Assembly: GCA_030141605.1 (NCBI GenBank)
Contig: JAQGDQ010000086.1
Coordinates: 305,418 to 369,417, forward strand
DNA: 64,000 bases
Source: Tubiluchus corallicola
Lineage: Eukaryota > Animalia > Priapulida
Direction: 5' to 3'
Shown: positions 44,401-64,000 of the stretch, piece by piece
How the letters are laid out: every line of letters begins with the position of its first letter
Position numbering within the stretch: the stretch's first letter is position 1
The notes under the pieces: model-generated
Told to the model about the DNA's origin: nothing
Databases searched by the model: none
The model's input: the letters and a program-made list of their open reading frames with translations, nothing else
Program-made: the position numbers and the translations under genes

Positions 44401-45962
44401 AGAGGAAGTTTTGTAAAAAAATCATAATGAAAACTAGTTATAGCACATGCCTGTTGTAAACTGTATATTGCATATAGGTTGTGAAACTGGAAAAAAACAT
44501 GATCAAACCTGCTAGTAACAAATTCCCAGTGGTTCATACCTAATGCCTTTGCAACTGTTCAACAATTTTACTACGAAATTAGCTGATTTTCATTTTTAAC
44601 TATTACTTGCTAAGTTTAAACCACTTGACATTCACATACTTTGGGCTATTTCTTGTGCTTAATGTGGTGACATAGTATTTGAGGTATGCTATAACAAATT
44701 TAAAAAATACCTAGGCAGCAAAACTACTAATTTATTCTAATTAATTCAACACGATTTACAATTGTGCACTTTAGTTTGGTAGTAAAAATCAATCAATATT
44801 TGAAAGTGATGCAATGTTAATGAAGTAAATTCGTACAAGTCTGCTTAGATTTAAAAAACAAGTGGCTGCAGAAAGCAGGCAACTGCATACCAAGCAATCT
44901 GATTTTATACTTATACAAACTTGAAGTCTGTTAAAAATTCCTTCTGTTAATGGATGATGAGCGTTAACAGTTACTTTTTATATAGTAATAATTACAGGCG
45001 CAAGTATATCAGTCTGAATACTTCAGTGCCATGATTTTAGATGAACTAATACACTGCAATGGTAAATTTGGAAAATAATTGTTGTATTACATTGGTAACT
45101 TTAGCCCATTTATATAACTTTTAGAAACTTCAATTTTGTAATTATAGTACCTAGCTTTAATGCTATAGTACTGCAACAGAATATTTATCCATAGTCTGCC
45201 ACATCATTACAAGTGATCTTTTTTTTGCTATTTGTATTCAAGTCCTCTCTAGGAAGTGTTAGCTATGATACCTGAGTGAGCAGAGCATCATAGAGTTTGG
45301 CAGCTTCATTATTTGTCGTTGATAACTCCAGACCTTCTTTCTTCCATTCCTGTGAATTCACGGAAACAAACAAATGAATTAAACATCAAATATCACATAC
45401 AGAATTCATTTAAAGGCTGAAATTAGATTAGAACAGAGTGTTTAAAAAAATAATAAAACAACAAAGTAAACAGTATTGTATTTTTTCTAGTCATTGTAAA
45501 TGGGACTGATGATAACACACAATTTTACTTTGAAATAATGGGTTAGTAAATAAAAAGCCAAAATGTAATTTGGCATTCTATCTACAAGGCCTAAATTAAA
45601 TGAACTCCTTATAGCTGTGACTAATCAGAACAAATGGTGCTGTTAGCACATTAAATTTTGATACAATATCAGTTTGCAAAAAAGTTGCAGGCACACAGTT
45701 ACTGTTTCATTGTTGTGAATATCGTCAATCGGGCTAGAAATATGTAGTTTTGCAGATGCGATAACTGCAATCTAAGAATTGCAGATACAATAATTGTAAT
45801 CCAAAATCTAATAAGGCTGCTAAATACAGAGTTACATTGAAAAATGACGAATATCTCTACTTAATTTTAAAACTTAAGATATTCGAAAATCTATATTCAT
45901 TAAATTGAAATGACAAGATGGAAAAGTAAACTTACCTGACAATCACGCCAATTACAATGCAT
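29459..45962 (-). CDS. TTC38: Tetratricopeptide repeat protein 38
   Basis: Exons 45962-45936 (MHCNWRDCQ), 45349-45272 (LSTTNNEAAKLYDALLTQ), 44188-44107 or 44049-43968, 42626-42455, 41296-41123 ([24 protein letters not shown]), 40193-40118, about 37140-37019 (PKDAWATHALAHVFEM; acceptor anomalous), 35423-35364 (MLACHNFWHWA), 34217-34179, 33850-33772 (MLDVVDACSLLYRLELEG), 33058-32890 (FNDMHFLM), 32392-32236 (IGGSNAQ), 31764-31691, 29546-29459. Colinear with human TTC38 motifs. Confidence 0.95.
32074..32200 (+). repeat. 64-bp tandem duplication (2 copies) in TTC38 intron
   Basis: CCAAAAAAGATGATGTATAGAGAT...CTCAATTAA..AGCAATGCTTTTCTA starting at 32074 and 32138. Confidence 0.9.
33193..33520 (+). 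repeat. Diverged ~175-bp tandem duplication in TTC38 intron
   Basis: Two copies of GAATTTCTTTGT...TTGCAACCAA(T/C)ACCTAACT...TCACATATAA...AAAAGTAGTTTACTGG. Confidence 0.8.
39317..39380 (+). repeat. 17-bp minisatellite (TGATAGTACATAGTAGC), about 4 copies
   Basis: Direct tandem units with no spacers. Confidence 0.9.
43968..44049 (-). CDS. TTC38 exon 3, mutually exclusive copy b (WVSWHELEHLGGIRGTAERLVLSDPSF)
   Basis: CACGTAG|82 nt|GTAAGA, phase 0 to 1. Confidence 0.88.
44107..44188 (-). CDS. TTC38 exon 3, mutually exclusive copy a (YVGWYDEQTLGGMEGTAKAIISTDPQF)
   Basis: TATATAG|82 nt|GTAAGG, phase 0 to 1. Confidence 0.9.
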
Positions 45963-46602
45963 TTGAAACTTCAAACTAGAAAGGAAAAATGCAGTGTCAA
46001 AAAAGGTTTATGTGATAGCCCCAGAGTAAGCTAATTGTGTGTTTTGCTTGGGTACAATATACGACCTTATTTCAGTATTTTTTCTGCATTAATAATTCTT
46101 TTTAATAGTTATTACTATATTAGTTATATTGCTACACACTACTGAGCAGGAGGAAGCGCCTGTTTCTGAAGTAGCCGACTCGAATACAATTCACAATTTT
46201 TTTATTAATTATTGAAACAGTCGTACATTCAGAAATAGCGCTAAACGCCTCTTACGCTTAGTTGTTTACACGCATTTAATCACGACGTGTGCAACAGGCG
46301 AAACCAGGCAGGCTGAATCAGCTCATTTAGTCGGCGAAACTCACACTTTAGTGTTTACACTTTGCACGTTTCTCCAGCTGAGACAAAAATATAGAAGTTG
46401 CAACAATTAGCCGGATGAACAAATCTATTTCAATTTTGCTTCATTTTATTTATTAATCCATTTGCACATGTACACGTAGTGGGCTGCTCATGGCCGCTCA
46501 CGAAAGGGCCGAAACTTCTATGCCGAACCATGGGGATTTAATAATTTCCCTGAAGATTGCCGCAAAGGAATGATATAATAATTCCCCTCAGTGGTAGACG
46601 TG

Positions 46603-46986
46603 AGTGATGCATTTCAAAGAAGAACCTACAGGAACATTCTAGGAATAAAATGGCCAAAGAAAATATCAAACCAGGATCTGTACAATAAAGTCAAGGCAGA
46701 GAAATGGACAATTAAAATCCAAAGGAGAAGATTAAGATGGATAGGGCATGTTATGTGACTACCAGATGAAAGTCCATTAAAGTTAGCTTTCAAAGAAGCA
46801 CTACAGAAAGAAAAGAAACCGCGAGGAGGACAGCTGCTGACTTACATCAATTTCATCCAAGAAGATCTTATCAACACACCATTAGGCATCAAAAATACAG
46901 AGGTTGCAGGTGACAGTGCAGCATGGAATAAAATGATCAGGAGGGTCATGTCAAACGACGTGTGACTCCAGAGATGATGATGATGA
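46603..46986 (+). mobile_element. 5'-truncated RTE-clade LINE insertion
   Basis: Translates to AFQRRTYRNILGIKWPKKISNQDLY...IQRRRLRWIGHVM*LP...KKPRGG...AAWNKMI, an RTE ORF C-terminus with one in-frame TGA. Ends in a (GAT)n tail. Perfect 8-bp TSD TAGACGTG at 46595-46602 and 46987-46994. Confidence 0.9.
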
Positions 46987-47079
46987 TAGACGTGCATTAT
47001 TCAGAATCAAGTTGTCAACACCGTACTTGCGCTAAAGCAGCACTTGCCAGTCCTACATAGCTAACTGCATGGCCAAAAC

Positions 47080-47464
47080 TAGGGATGAGCATTGAACGTC
47101 CGAACGTCCAAAGTACAAATTCGATTGAACGAGTTGTTTTAGTTTGAATTCGATACAAACTAAAATTATAGATTCGAATAATTTGGCTTTTCAACCGCAT
47201 AATTTTAAAGCACAGTTTAGCCTTTAATTTCTGTATACGATTTTTAAACAAATTATTAGTGTCTTTACTGCAGAACAAAATCGAGTAATATGCATGATCG
47301 TTGTAAGACCACTTTTTACTGACTGTTTGAAAGTTTGTTCGAAATTTTTTTTAAACTCATTTCAAATTAGGTTTGAATTTGCAATACCGAAATTTGGTTT
47401 AATTTGAATTAATTCGAAAGTCACATATTTGAATTCACTATCTGGTAGAGAATGCTAATCTTCA
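47080..47464. mobile_element. hAT-type MITE (TAGGGATGAGCATT terminus)
   Basis: Left TIR TAGGGATGAGCATT and decayed right end AATGCTAATC. About 300 bp of internal sequence is repeated at 48955-49233. Confidence 0.75.
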
Positions 47465-47551
47465 ACCAAATAGCCAAAACTGCTATATTACCAAGCTGCC
47501 ACACTACAAGTCTGCCTGTGCTGCTGAGCTTGTTAATATGAAGTACTAAGC

Positions 47552-48068
47552 CACTGGTTCCCAACCTTTCGTTGATGGTGACGTCTTTCCAGAACATCAT
47601 TATCTTTCGCATTTATTAAAATTAACTTACTATTCAACAAATCATTGAACAATAAGTGATTGTTTCATTAATTCATTAATGTTATGGTTGCGCCTGTTCC
47701 TCAGCAACCAGTATTGCAGTGCAATAGGTATTCAAGCATATCCGACGTAAAATGAATACCGACACACTTTCGGGCAGTGTACACTATACACAAGTGTACA
47801 GCATGAAACAATGCACATTTTCATTTTCCCGGAAAATCAAACACTGGTATACTGTATTTAGAGTGGGAAAGCCCTGTTTAATTTCCAGAGCAAAGTGATG
47901 TAATGAGAGACTGAGGAAACAAGATATACTTTTCATGAAAACTGCATTTTTTTAAATAAAAATGTTTTACTTTAAATAAAAATGCATGTTTTTGAACTAG
48001 CCCGCGACCCCATGAAAAGCGCTTCACGACCCCAACTGGAGTGACAATCCCAAGGTTAGGAACCTATG
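47552..48068. mobile_element. hAT-Charlie-like MITE
   Basis: TIRs CACTGGTTCCCAACCT / AGGTTAGGAACCTATG. Subterminal CGACCCC repeats. TSD TACTAAGC / TACTAGGC (7/8). Confidence 0.8.
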
Positions 48069-48229
48069 TACTAGGCATTGCTAATATGTAACACGTGCAG
48101 GCCTGACACATATGGACATATATAATACCATCCCCATTTTCATGCATGTTGAGTTTAGCATTATACAGTGTACTATGGCTCTATAGGTTTAAAACAACTT
48201 AACTCAATAGCATTGTTTTTACCTATTAA

Positions 48230-48954
48230 AATGGGTTGCAATTCTGAAACTGGTATAAGTTGCAATCCAGATTTGACTCATCGTAAAAGTTCGAGCCTAC
48301 ACTTTGCCTATAGGTCCCAACTGGTTAACTCCCATGGGGGACGCCAACATAGGACGCCACCACGATTTTTGGTGACCCTAAACTTGGAGGATTGATGGAA
48401 GGGCACCATCAAGTGTGATTCCTGCATCAGGAGCAAGCTGCCAAAACAAGCTCAACATTAAGTTGCCATCTGGCTGAGATTTAATCCCAGACTGAGGCTG
48501 AACCTGCAGCATCTCATACTGATAGCAAAACTGTACTCCTACCCACTTGGGGTGCCAACCAGCCACATTCCAGTGACAAGTGGCTAAAAGGAGACGCAGC
48601 ATATCTCATGGTGACCCAACATCTCGGTTGGGTGGAAAGGAAGGAGCAGCAAAGCTGCTGGTTTCAGGTTCTGTACCCCTTTGCTGTGGGCTAACTACTC
48701 TAAGCGGCGGTCTCAATTATTAGTTGTTAAACAATATAAAAAATACTCAGCTGGTACATAGAAATGAAAAGGTAATGGAAGATGCCTCCACATCCACTAA
48801 TGGTCTGTTTATGGAAAACGAGACTCAAACAGCGATAACAGTTAATTATCCTGTGCAGGTCAATGACTGCTGTCCCGAGTGTGGGAAGGTGAATCTCGAC
48901 TGGAAGTGACGTGACCACATATGAAAGTGAGGCGTGGATTGGGCGTCCATAAGC
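48230..48954 (+). mobile_element. Possible decayed 5' end of a zinc-finger non-LTR retrotransposon (R2/NeSL/Utopia-like)
   Basis: GC-richer, hairpin-rich leader of about 500 nt, then a disrupted ORF ...ITVNYPVQVNDCCPECGKVNLDWK*...HMKVRRG resembling an N-terminal C2H2 finger. No RT sequence is visible. Confidence 0.35.
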
Positions 48955-49233
48955 TAAAGTTTCAAATTCGATGTGAACCTAAAATTATAGATTCGAATAA
49001 TTCGGCTCTTCAACTGCAGAATTTTAAAGCACAGTTTAGCTGCACTTTCTGTATACAATTTTTAAACGAATTATTAGTGGCTTTACTGCTGAACAAAATC
49101 AAGTAATATGCATGGTCTTTGTAAGACTACATTTTACTAGTGGTTCGAAAATCTTTCAAACTCAATTCGAATTCGACATACAAAAATTCGGTTCGATTCG
49201 AAGTCGCTTTCTGGTAGAGAATGCTCACCCCTA
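48955..49233. mobile_element. Second, left-truncated copy of the 47080 hAT-type MITE
   Basis: Shares CTAAAATTATAGATTCGAATAATT...AATTTTAAAGCACAGTTTAGC...GTAATATGCATG...TCTGGTAGAGAATGCT. Ends AATGCTCACCCCTA. Confidence 0.8.
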
Positions 49234-52200
49234 CAAACTTGGCAATCCACAAAAATAATTTAATTACAACCTCTCAACTGTACAGCTTCGATCCACTTGG
49301 TTTTTGCATCATTTTTATCTTATAGCTTTAGCCTTTGAACTTTCAACCAAATGGAAATCCATTCGTTTCCAATTCTGTAAAAACATTTTAACGGCAACAC
49401 ATTATTAAAACTTGTTTTTTAAAGCCACGAAAGGCAGTTGTGTAGTTGGAAAAGCTGGAAATCAAGCCTAACTGAAACTGTTTTAACAGTGCGTTTTTAT
49501 TTTTGTCAGTCTTGTACTTTCGTCAGCCATTTACGTAGGTTAGTTTTTTGGTTAAGTTTCACATTTAATCATTTGTTTCTGGCAGTCGATGATTATAACT
49601 CAACCGAAATTCAAGTGAGGCAAAAAATTAGCATTCATTTATATTTGTGTTTAAGCGTGTGAAGACGGTTTTGTGCGATGCAACGAAATAAGACGAATTT
49701 ATTCGCATGTCTGGATTTATAATTTTTTTATAGCTGAGTATAGCTATAGGTAATAAACAACTTTATTGAATTAAATTGTTTTAAACCTATAGAGTCATGG
49801 TGCAGTGTGTAATGCTAAACTCAATTCATGTGAAAATAGCGACGGTATTTAAACATCCAACAGTATAAGTAAATTTTACGTGTTATTGGATTGACATTTT
49901 TGGTCATTTAATGATGGACAATTTCTAGTAACAGTGAAAATTTCTTCTGCTTTGTCATGTTGCTAACTTCGTTTGTTTGGTGCTCTGTGGTTTTTGTGTT
50001 ATAACTGCAAGCTGGTTACTGAGTCAGTTTTGTGTCAGTGACCAGAGTCATTTTAGCTAATGAGTAATGCTCACTTTGAGATGTTGGGCCACTTCCTTTT
50101 GAATCAGTTGCTTCACGTTTTAATGAAATAATTAAAAGTAAACTGAATTATGCTTCACGTTAGAGAACTAAACTGAATTTTGGTTCACACTTAATTTTAA
50201 TTTTCCACCATTATCTTATTCCAAAAACTATTCATATCGATTAACATGCATTTGAATTTTATAGTGGACCTATAAAAATATGCTAAAATTATTTTTCTAA
50301 TGATGAACTAATCATGACCTGTTTTATGTTGAGCCAAGCTATCAAAAACTAAATTCTATAAATGAACAATGTATAAGGGCTGTGTTTTTGGGACTCCTAT
50401 GTACACTGCCCTCACATTTTCTTTTATAAAAAATAGTTTCATTAGTGGCTAATTTGCATTCTATCACATGTGAAATAAATACGTCTTATATCTTATATCT
50501 AGTAAAGTAGTGTGCATGAGAAGAGGTTTGATCTTTTTTACAAAGCAGGGTGAGAAGTTTATTAGATTTTTGCAAATGACCATCAGTTAGGTTTTCTTGC
50601 TTATAATGCTTCCCAAGTTAACATACAGAATTTTGTACTTAGCTGAATTCAACATCACCGGCTATTTCTTGTGTTCAACTGTTTGATAGCATCTTTTAAT
50701 TATGTACACCATATAAATACTTTTTTATAAAGAATTATTTTTCCCTAGACTCTAATCTCTCAACATTAGTGAGCATACAGAATATTTAGCAAAACTGTTG
50801 AACGTATGGTCCCTTAAAAATGCTAATTGTTTTTGACACGAGGCTTATTGAAATCAGTATAATGTATAGATTATTTAAAATCTAGCGGTGTTAGCATTAC
50901 TTTCTGTTTTTTTATCTGTGGTTTCTTGACTACCAGTTGTCCCATTTTAGTCAATCTAATATAACATAGTTGCCAGATTTGCAGAGTATATATGAAACCC
51001 ATGTTACAAGATTGAAAGTTACATGAGTGTTTAGTTGTTGCATTTGTTAATTACAATTCTTTAATCCTTTTTATTATGTTTCTTTTCATTTAAAAAATGG
51101 GTTAAGTGGAACTTTTCTCCAATGATTATTATATTGGCATACCACTCTCCAGCAAAGATTTAAATTAAGCCTACTAACTTATCAATTGTGATGTTAAATA
51201 TGTTTACGAAAAAAAAATTAATGCATTTTTACCCACAAATGCATTTTTTGTTATTTCGTGAATAACTTTTATTGATCAGCAGTCGCAACTAAACAGTTTT
51301 TTGTTTTCTGAAATAATCAGAAATAATAAATAGTGTTATACTTATACAGTCTTGAACATTTTAAAGCAAAAGTCCCAGCCTGACCATTGTGTTTTTCACG
51401 TAAGTTCACGAAACATGTTCTGAAATGACATTCCAACAATTCTGTAAAATAACCAACTAATTAGGTAAGCCAGGTGTTTTACACCTGACATGAATTCTAC
51501 ATAATTTTAATTACCGTGCACCTCTGTTTTCCCGAGTGCACCACTCAGTTTTGTGTTCATATGGCCATTGATTGCAGACATCATCATAGAAAAGCTGGCA
51601 ATTTGTTTAGTAGTTATCAAGGGTGGTCTCGCTCACCTGGACACCTAGTTTTTTTTACTAAACAAAGTAATTTATTCCAAAATAATCTGAAAATTCTGCA
51701 CATTTTGGTAAAAAAGTCATTGTCGTAGGATATAAGTTTCTGAAGTTAAATGAAGTTAAATTGCACTGTGCCAACTGTTCCAGCATGTTAGTGATTAGCT
51801 AGTGAAAGGTACCACCTAGTTTTGTGGCTTCTTATCAGTACGACTTAAGGTACTAAACATAGTGCAGTAGTACCCGAACAGTTACATACATGTGAGAGCA
51901 GGCACTGGTATAAATGTGTAGCTTCTTGTACAGACTGGCAAACACTGACAATGAATAACATAGCACTTTAGTTGACCATGTGCCTTACTGTGAATTGAAA
52001 CCTAAATTTTTAACAACTTTTATGCAGTGATCTGACTTACTGATCTATACCAACTAAACCACAGTTTATTGATTCGACTTTATTTATAATTGTATTGTAT
52101 AGCAGTTAAATTTGGCACATTGTTACATTAACATTCCATTACAGTAGTAATAAACAGCTGGGTACCAATTTTAATAATTAGACATGTAGATGGAAGTGTT

Positions 52201-54489
52201 TCCTGTATTAAGCGTCGTGTAAACATTTAGTCAGTTTAACAAACATGACAACTGACAGCCCTAAATGTATAGCAGTCTTATCCTAGTAGCAATTCTGGAT
52301 TAAAATATCTGTTTAACACTTTCATACTTCCTTTAAATATTTTAATAATTATAAAGCTTTTAGTCCAGTACATGTGCTAACGAATTTCTGAGGAGATAAA
52401 TTAAGTCTTTTATGAATTGTGCTTGTTTCTGCAAGAACCCCTGTTTACTGCTGTTCCACTAATTTCCGCTGTGACATAGTTGTCGCACGTAAAAATGCAG
52501 GGAATTGATTTTATTTTTCTCTTCTTCACAAATTGATGGTTTTATATGATAAAGAATGACTGGGACTTGACTATAAATGGAGATATAAGTTTTTTAATTG
52601 CATTAGTATCAGCTTCACAATTTTTTTATTTACTAATACATCCAGAATAACGACACCAGATTTGTATCATTAATTGTATTAACTAGTTTTTGCTAACTAG
52701 GTTTTTTATTTTATTTTTTGGTATCTGATTTCTAAAAGATACTTGTATGCTAACTGCTTCTATATTCCACTTAATCTCATTTTATTGAATTTCTTCGTCA
52801 AAAATTCATTTAGCAGAATTCTAGAGTGTTTCTAACATCATTAAATGTTTTTAATTTTCTGTAGCTGGTTTTTACTTATTGTAAAATTAGAAAATTTTGG
52901 TCTTTGTCAGTTTATATCTAGCAATGAAAATAATATTTCTAAATAATTTTAGATGTAAATTTTCAGCTAAAAAGTTGATGTTTTTAATTTTAGCAAATTG
53001 TTGTCATGACTTTACTAGTTGAAGTATACTCTTAACTTGCAATGTAAAGTGAAATATATAATGTGTGATTTAAAAGTGATGAATAGCTATTGTTGAAAAC
53101 TTATGTTAAGTTAGTTAACCTGGCACGTGAGCATATTGGTAACCTGTCAATTTTCTATACAATTCCTAGGCAGAGATTTCCATGCTATGAAGTAGTTATG
53201 TGGTTTATGTTACATAAATGCTACTGATCATTTCAGTTCAAACATTGTGTGAAAGGCTGCTTCGTACGATTTATGACAAACCTATGTAGGTTTGTAATGT
53301 TCACCCTGCCATAATGTTTGGCACAACATCCATATAAAACTTTGTGCAAAGCCAAAGTTCATGTGCCTCAGGCCATAAATTTGCCACACATTTTACATAG
53401 TGTTCCCAATAACTGTCAGCGTGCAATGAATAATGCTTGACTCACCTGTTCAAATAATGTAGTGTCTTCGTGCTTGTGTACCTACTAGAGGTACAAAGGA
53501 TTTCCGGTTTTAGGTATCTGAGATTAAAGGTAGAAAAATATTCAGAGAAAAGAAAAATCTAGCTCTGCTTAGTGTGATATACCTAAAATTAATTTATTCA
53601 GTATTAAAGCGATACAAAGCTTAAAAGCAAAATAACAACAGAAGATGGTTCGACTAATTAAAGTAAGAAATCATTTTTTACTATAAGCAGAAACAGTAGC
53701 TCAATTTTCATAAATATAGAAGAATAATAGACCTAACAGAATGATATTTACAGATATTCGTCGACTTAACAATCTATGCAACAACTTACGACCGCTTGAC
53801 TCAACCACAACTTGATTAATTAATTATAAAACTAATTATAACTCACATTTCCTTCTATTTTTAGCAGATTAATTTTAAGTTGCTGTCTGTTTCAATAAAT
53901 TCACGTGTACACACTGACAGACTTAATGAGTGTTTTACCCACCCAACATCTTAGGTGCCAGGGCACACCACTTGAACATATTGGTCCGATGTGCGTCAAA
54001 GTTTTTCTGCGAAGTTGTCGGCTATCTGTAGTGTAAACTTACAAATTGGTTGCTTAATTGTGTCTTATACATCAACAACGGTTTTTATTACGCTTGCAGA
54101 AATCAGGTTTGGCAGCACTAAAATGGCAGAGAAAACGAAACTCTGATTATTTTCAGGTGTAACTTATCTGAACACATGACTGCGCGCATGAATTAACCTG
54201 GCTTTTCAGTTATGCAACAGTAATGAGATTCAATAGAAAACGATCTGAAAACTATTTGCAAGGCATTGCTAGCACCTACAAACGACTTTAAATGCCATAA
54301 CAGAACGAAAAATGCACCAGCCTATATTTTGTGTAAATTCAAACAGCACTGCTATGCTGCATATTTGTAACATTCGCTTTCAGCTGTATTGTTATTGTTT
54401 ATTTTTACATTTAGTGGTTTAGCATGAGGCTGACTAGCTGGTCCTTGTTTTGTATCCGGTGATCACTAAACTAGTGCGTTGATGCCAAG

Positions 54490-63842
<9,353 letters not shown>

Positions 63843-64000
63843 GTATGTGTATTGATGACATTTTTACGTTGTGTTTTAGCAGTTGTTGGTTGTTTTCTAG
63901 CATGAGTGTTTTATGATGAACACATGTTTTTGAACATATATAAGGCTTTGGGAGTAGTTCAGAGAAATGAAATAAGGTAATATCGAATGTGTTTTCAAAA

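Larger units (their letters stand above)
48124..49849. mobile_element. Long-TIR DNA element (about 103-bp diverged inverted repeats) containing nested insertions
   Basis: 48124-48226 is the diverged reverse complement of 49746-49849 (e.g. TTGAGTTTAGCATTA / TAATGCTAAACTCAA; CTCTATAGGTTTAAAACAA / TTGTTTTAAACCTATAGAG). The TA-CC(G/A)T termini are pogo/Tc1-mariner-like. Confidence 0.7.

Noticed and set aside
46484-46520. Hammerhead-like CTGCTCATGGCC...GGCCGAAAC
   Set aside because: The core is CTGCTCA rather than CTGANGA, and no convincing stems I/III or NUH cleavage site could be built.
48408-48416. ATCAAGTGT 9-nt match to U2 snRNA near the putative site-specific retroelement fragment
   Set aside because: Too short, and the flanking U2 sequence is absent.

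Overview
AT-rich, intron-rich metazoan genomic DNA, probably from a protostome invertebrate (the GFAT sequence looks arthropod-like; this is inference). Six protein-coding loci were reconstructed by hand. (1) The 3' portion of GFAT/GFPT (+, <1-17348). (2) A single-coding-exon, divergent MATH/TRAF-C-like ORF (+, 20269-20901). (3) NOL7-like (-, exons 28066-28106 and 21791-22421). (4) An intronless NF-YA (-, 23911-24747) nested on the same strand inside the NOL7 intron. (5) TTC38 (-, 29459-45962). (6) The kinase half of AAK1/BMP2K/Nak (+, 54490->63842). Several hAT-type MITEs, a truncated RTE LINE, a nested TE cluster and tandem duplications are also present. Main findings: NF-YA appears to be an alternative last exon of a shared NOL7/NF-YA transcription unit, in which the NOL7 start exon becomes a uORF with ATGA stop/start overlaps. 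GFAT carries a duplicated mutually exclusive linker exon in which the regulatory Ser243-equivalent is Ser in one copy and Asp in the other, two candidate microexons, and two alternative terminal exons for the catalytic C-terminal loop. TTC38 has its own mutually exclusive exon pair and one exon with no recognisable AG acceptor. All splicing claims are sequence-based predictions with no transcript evidence.
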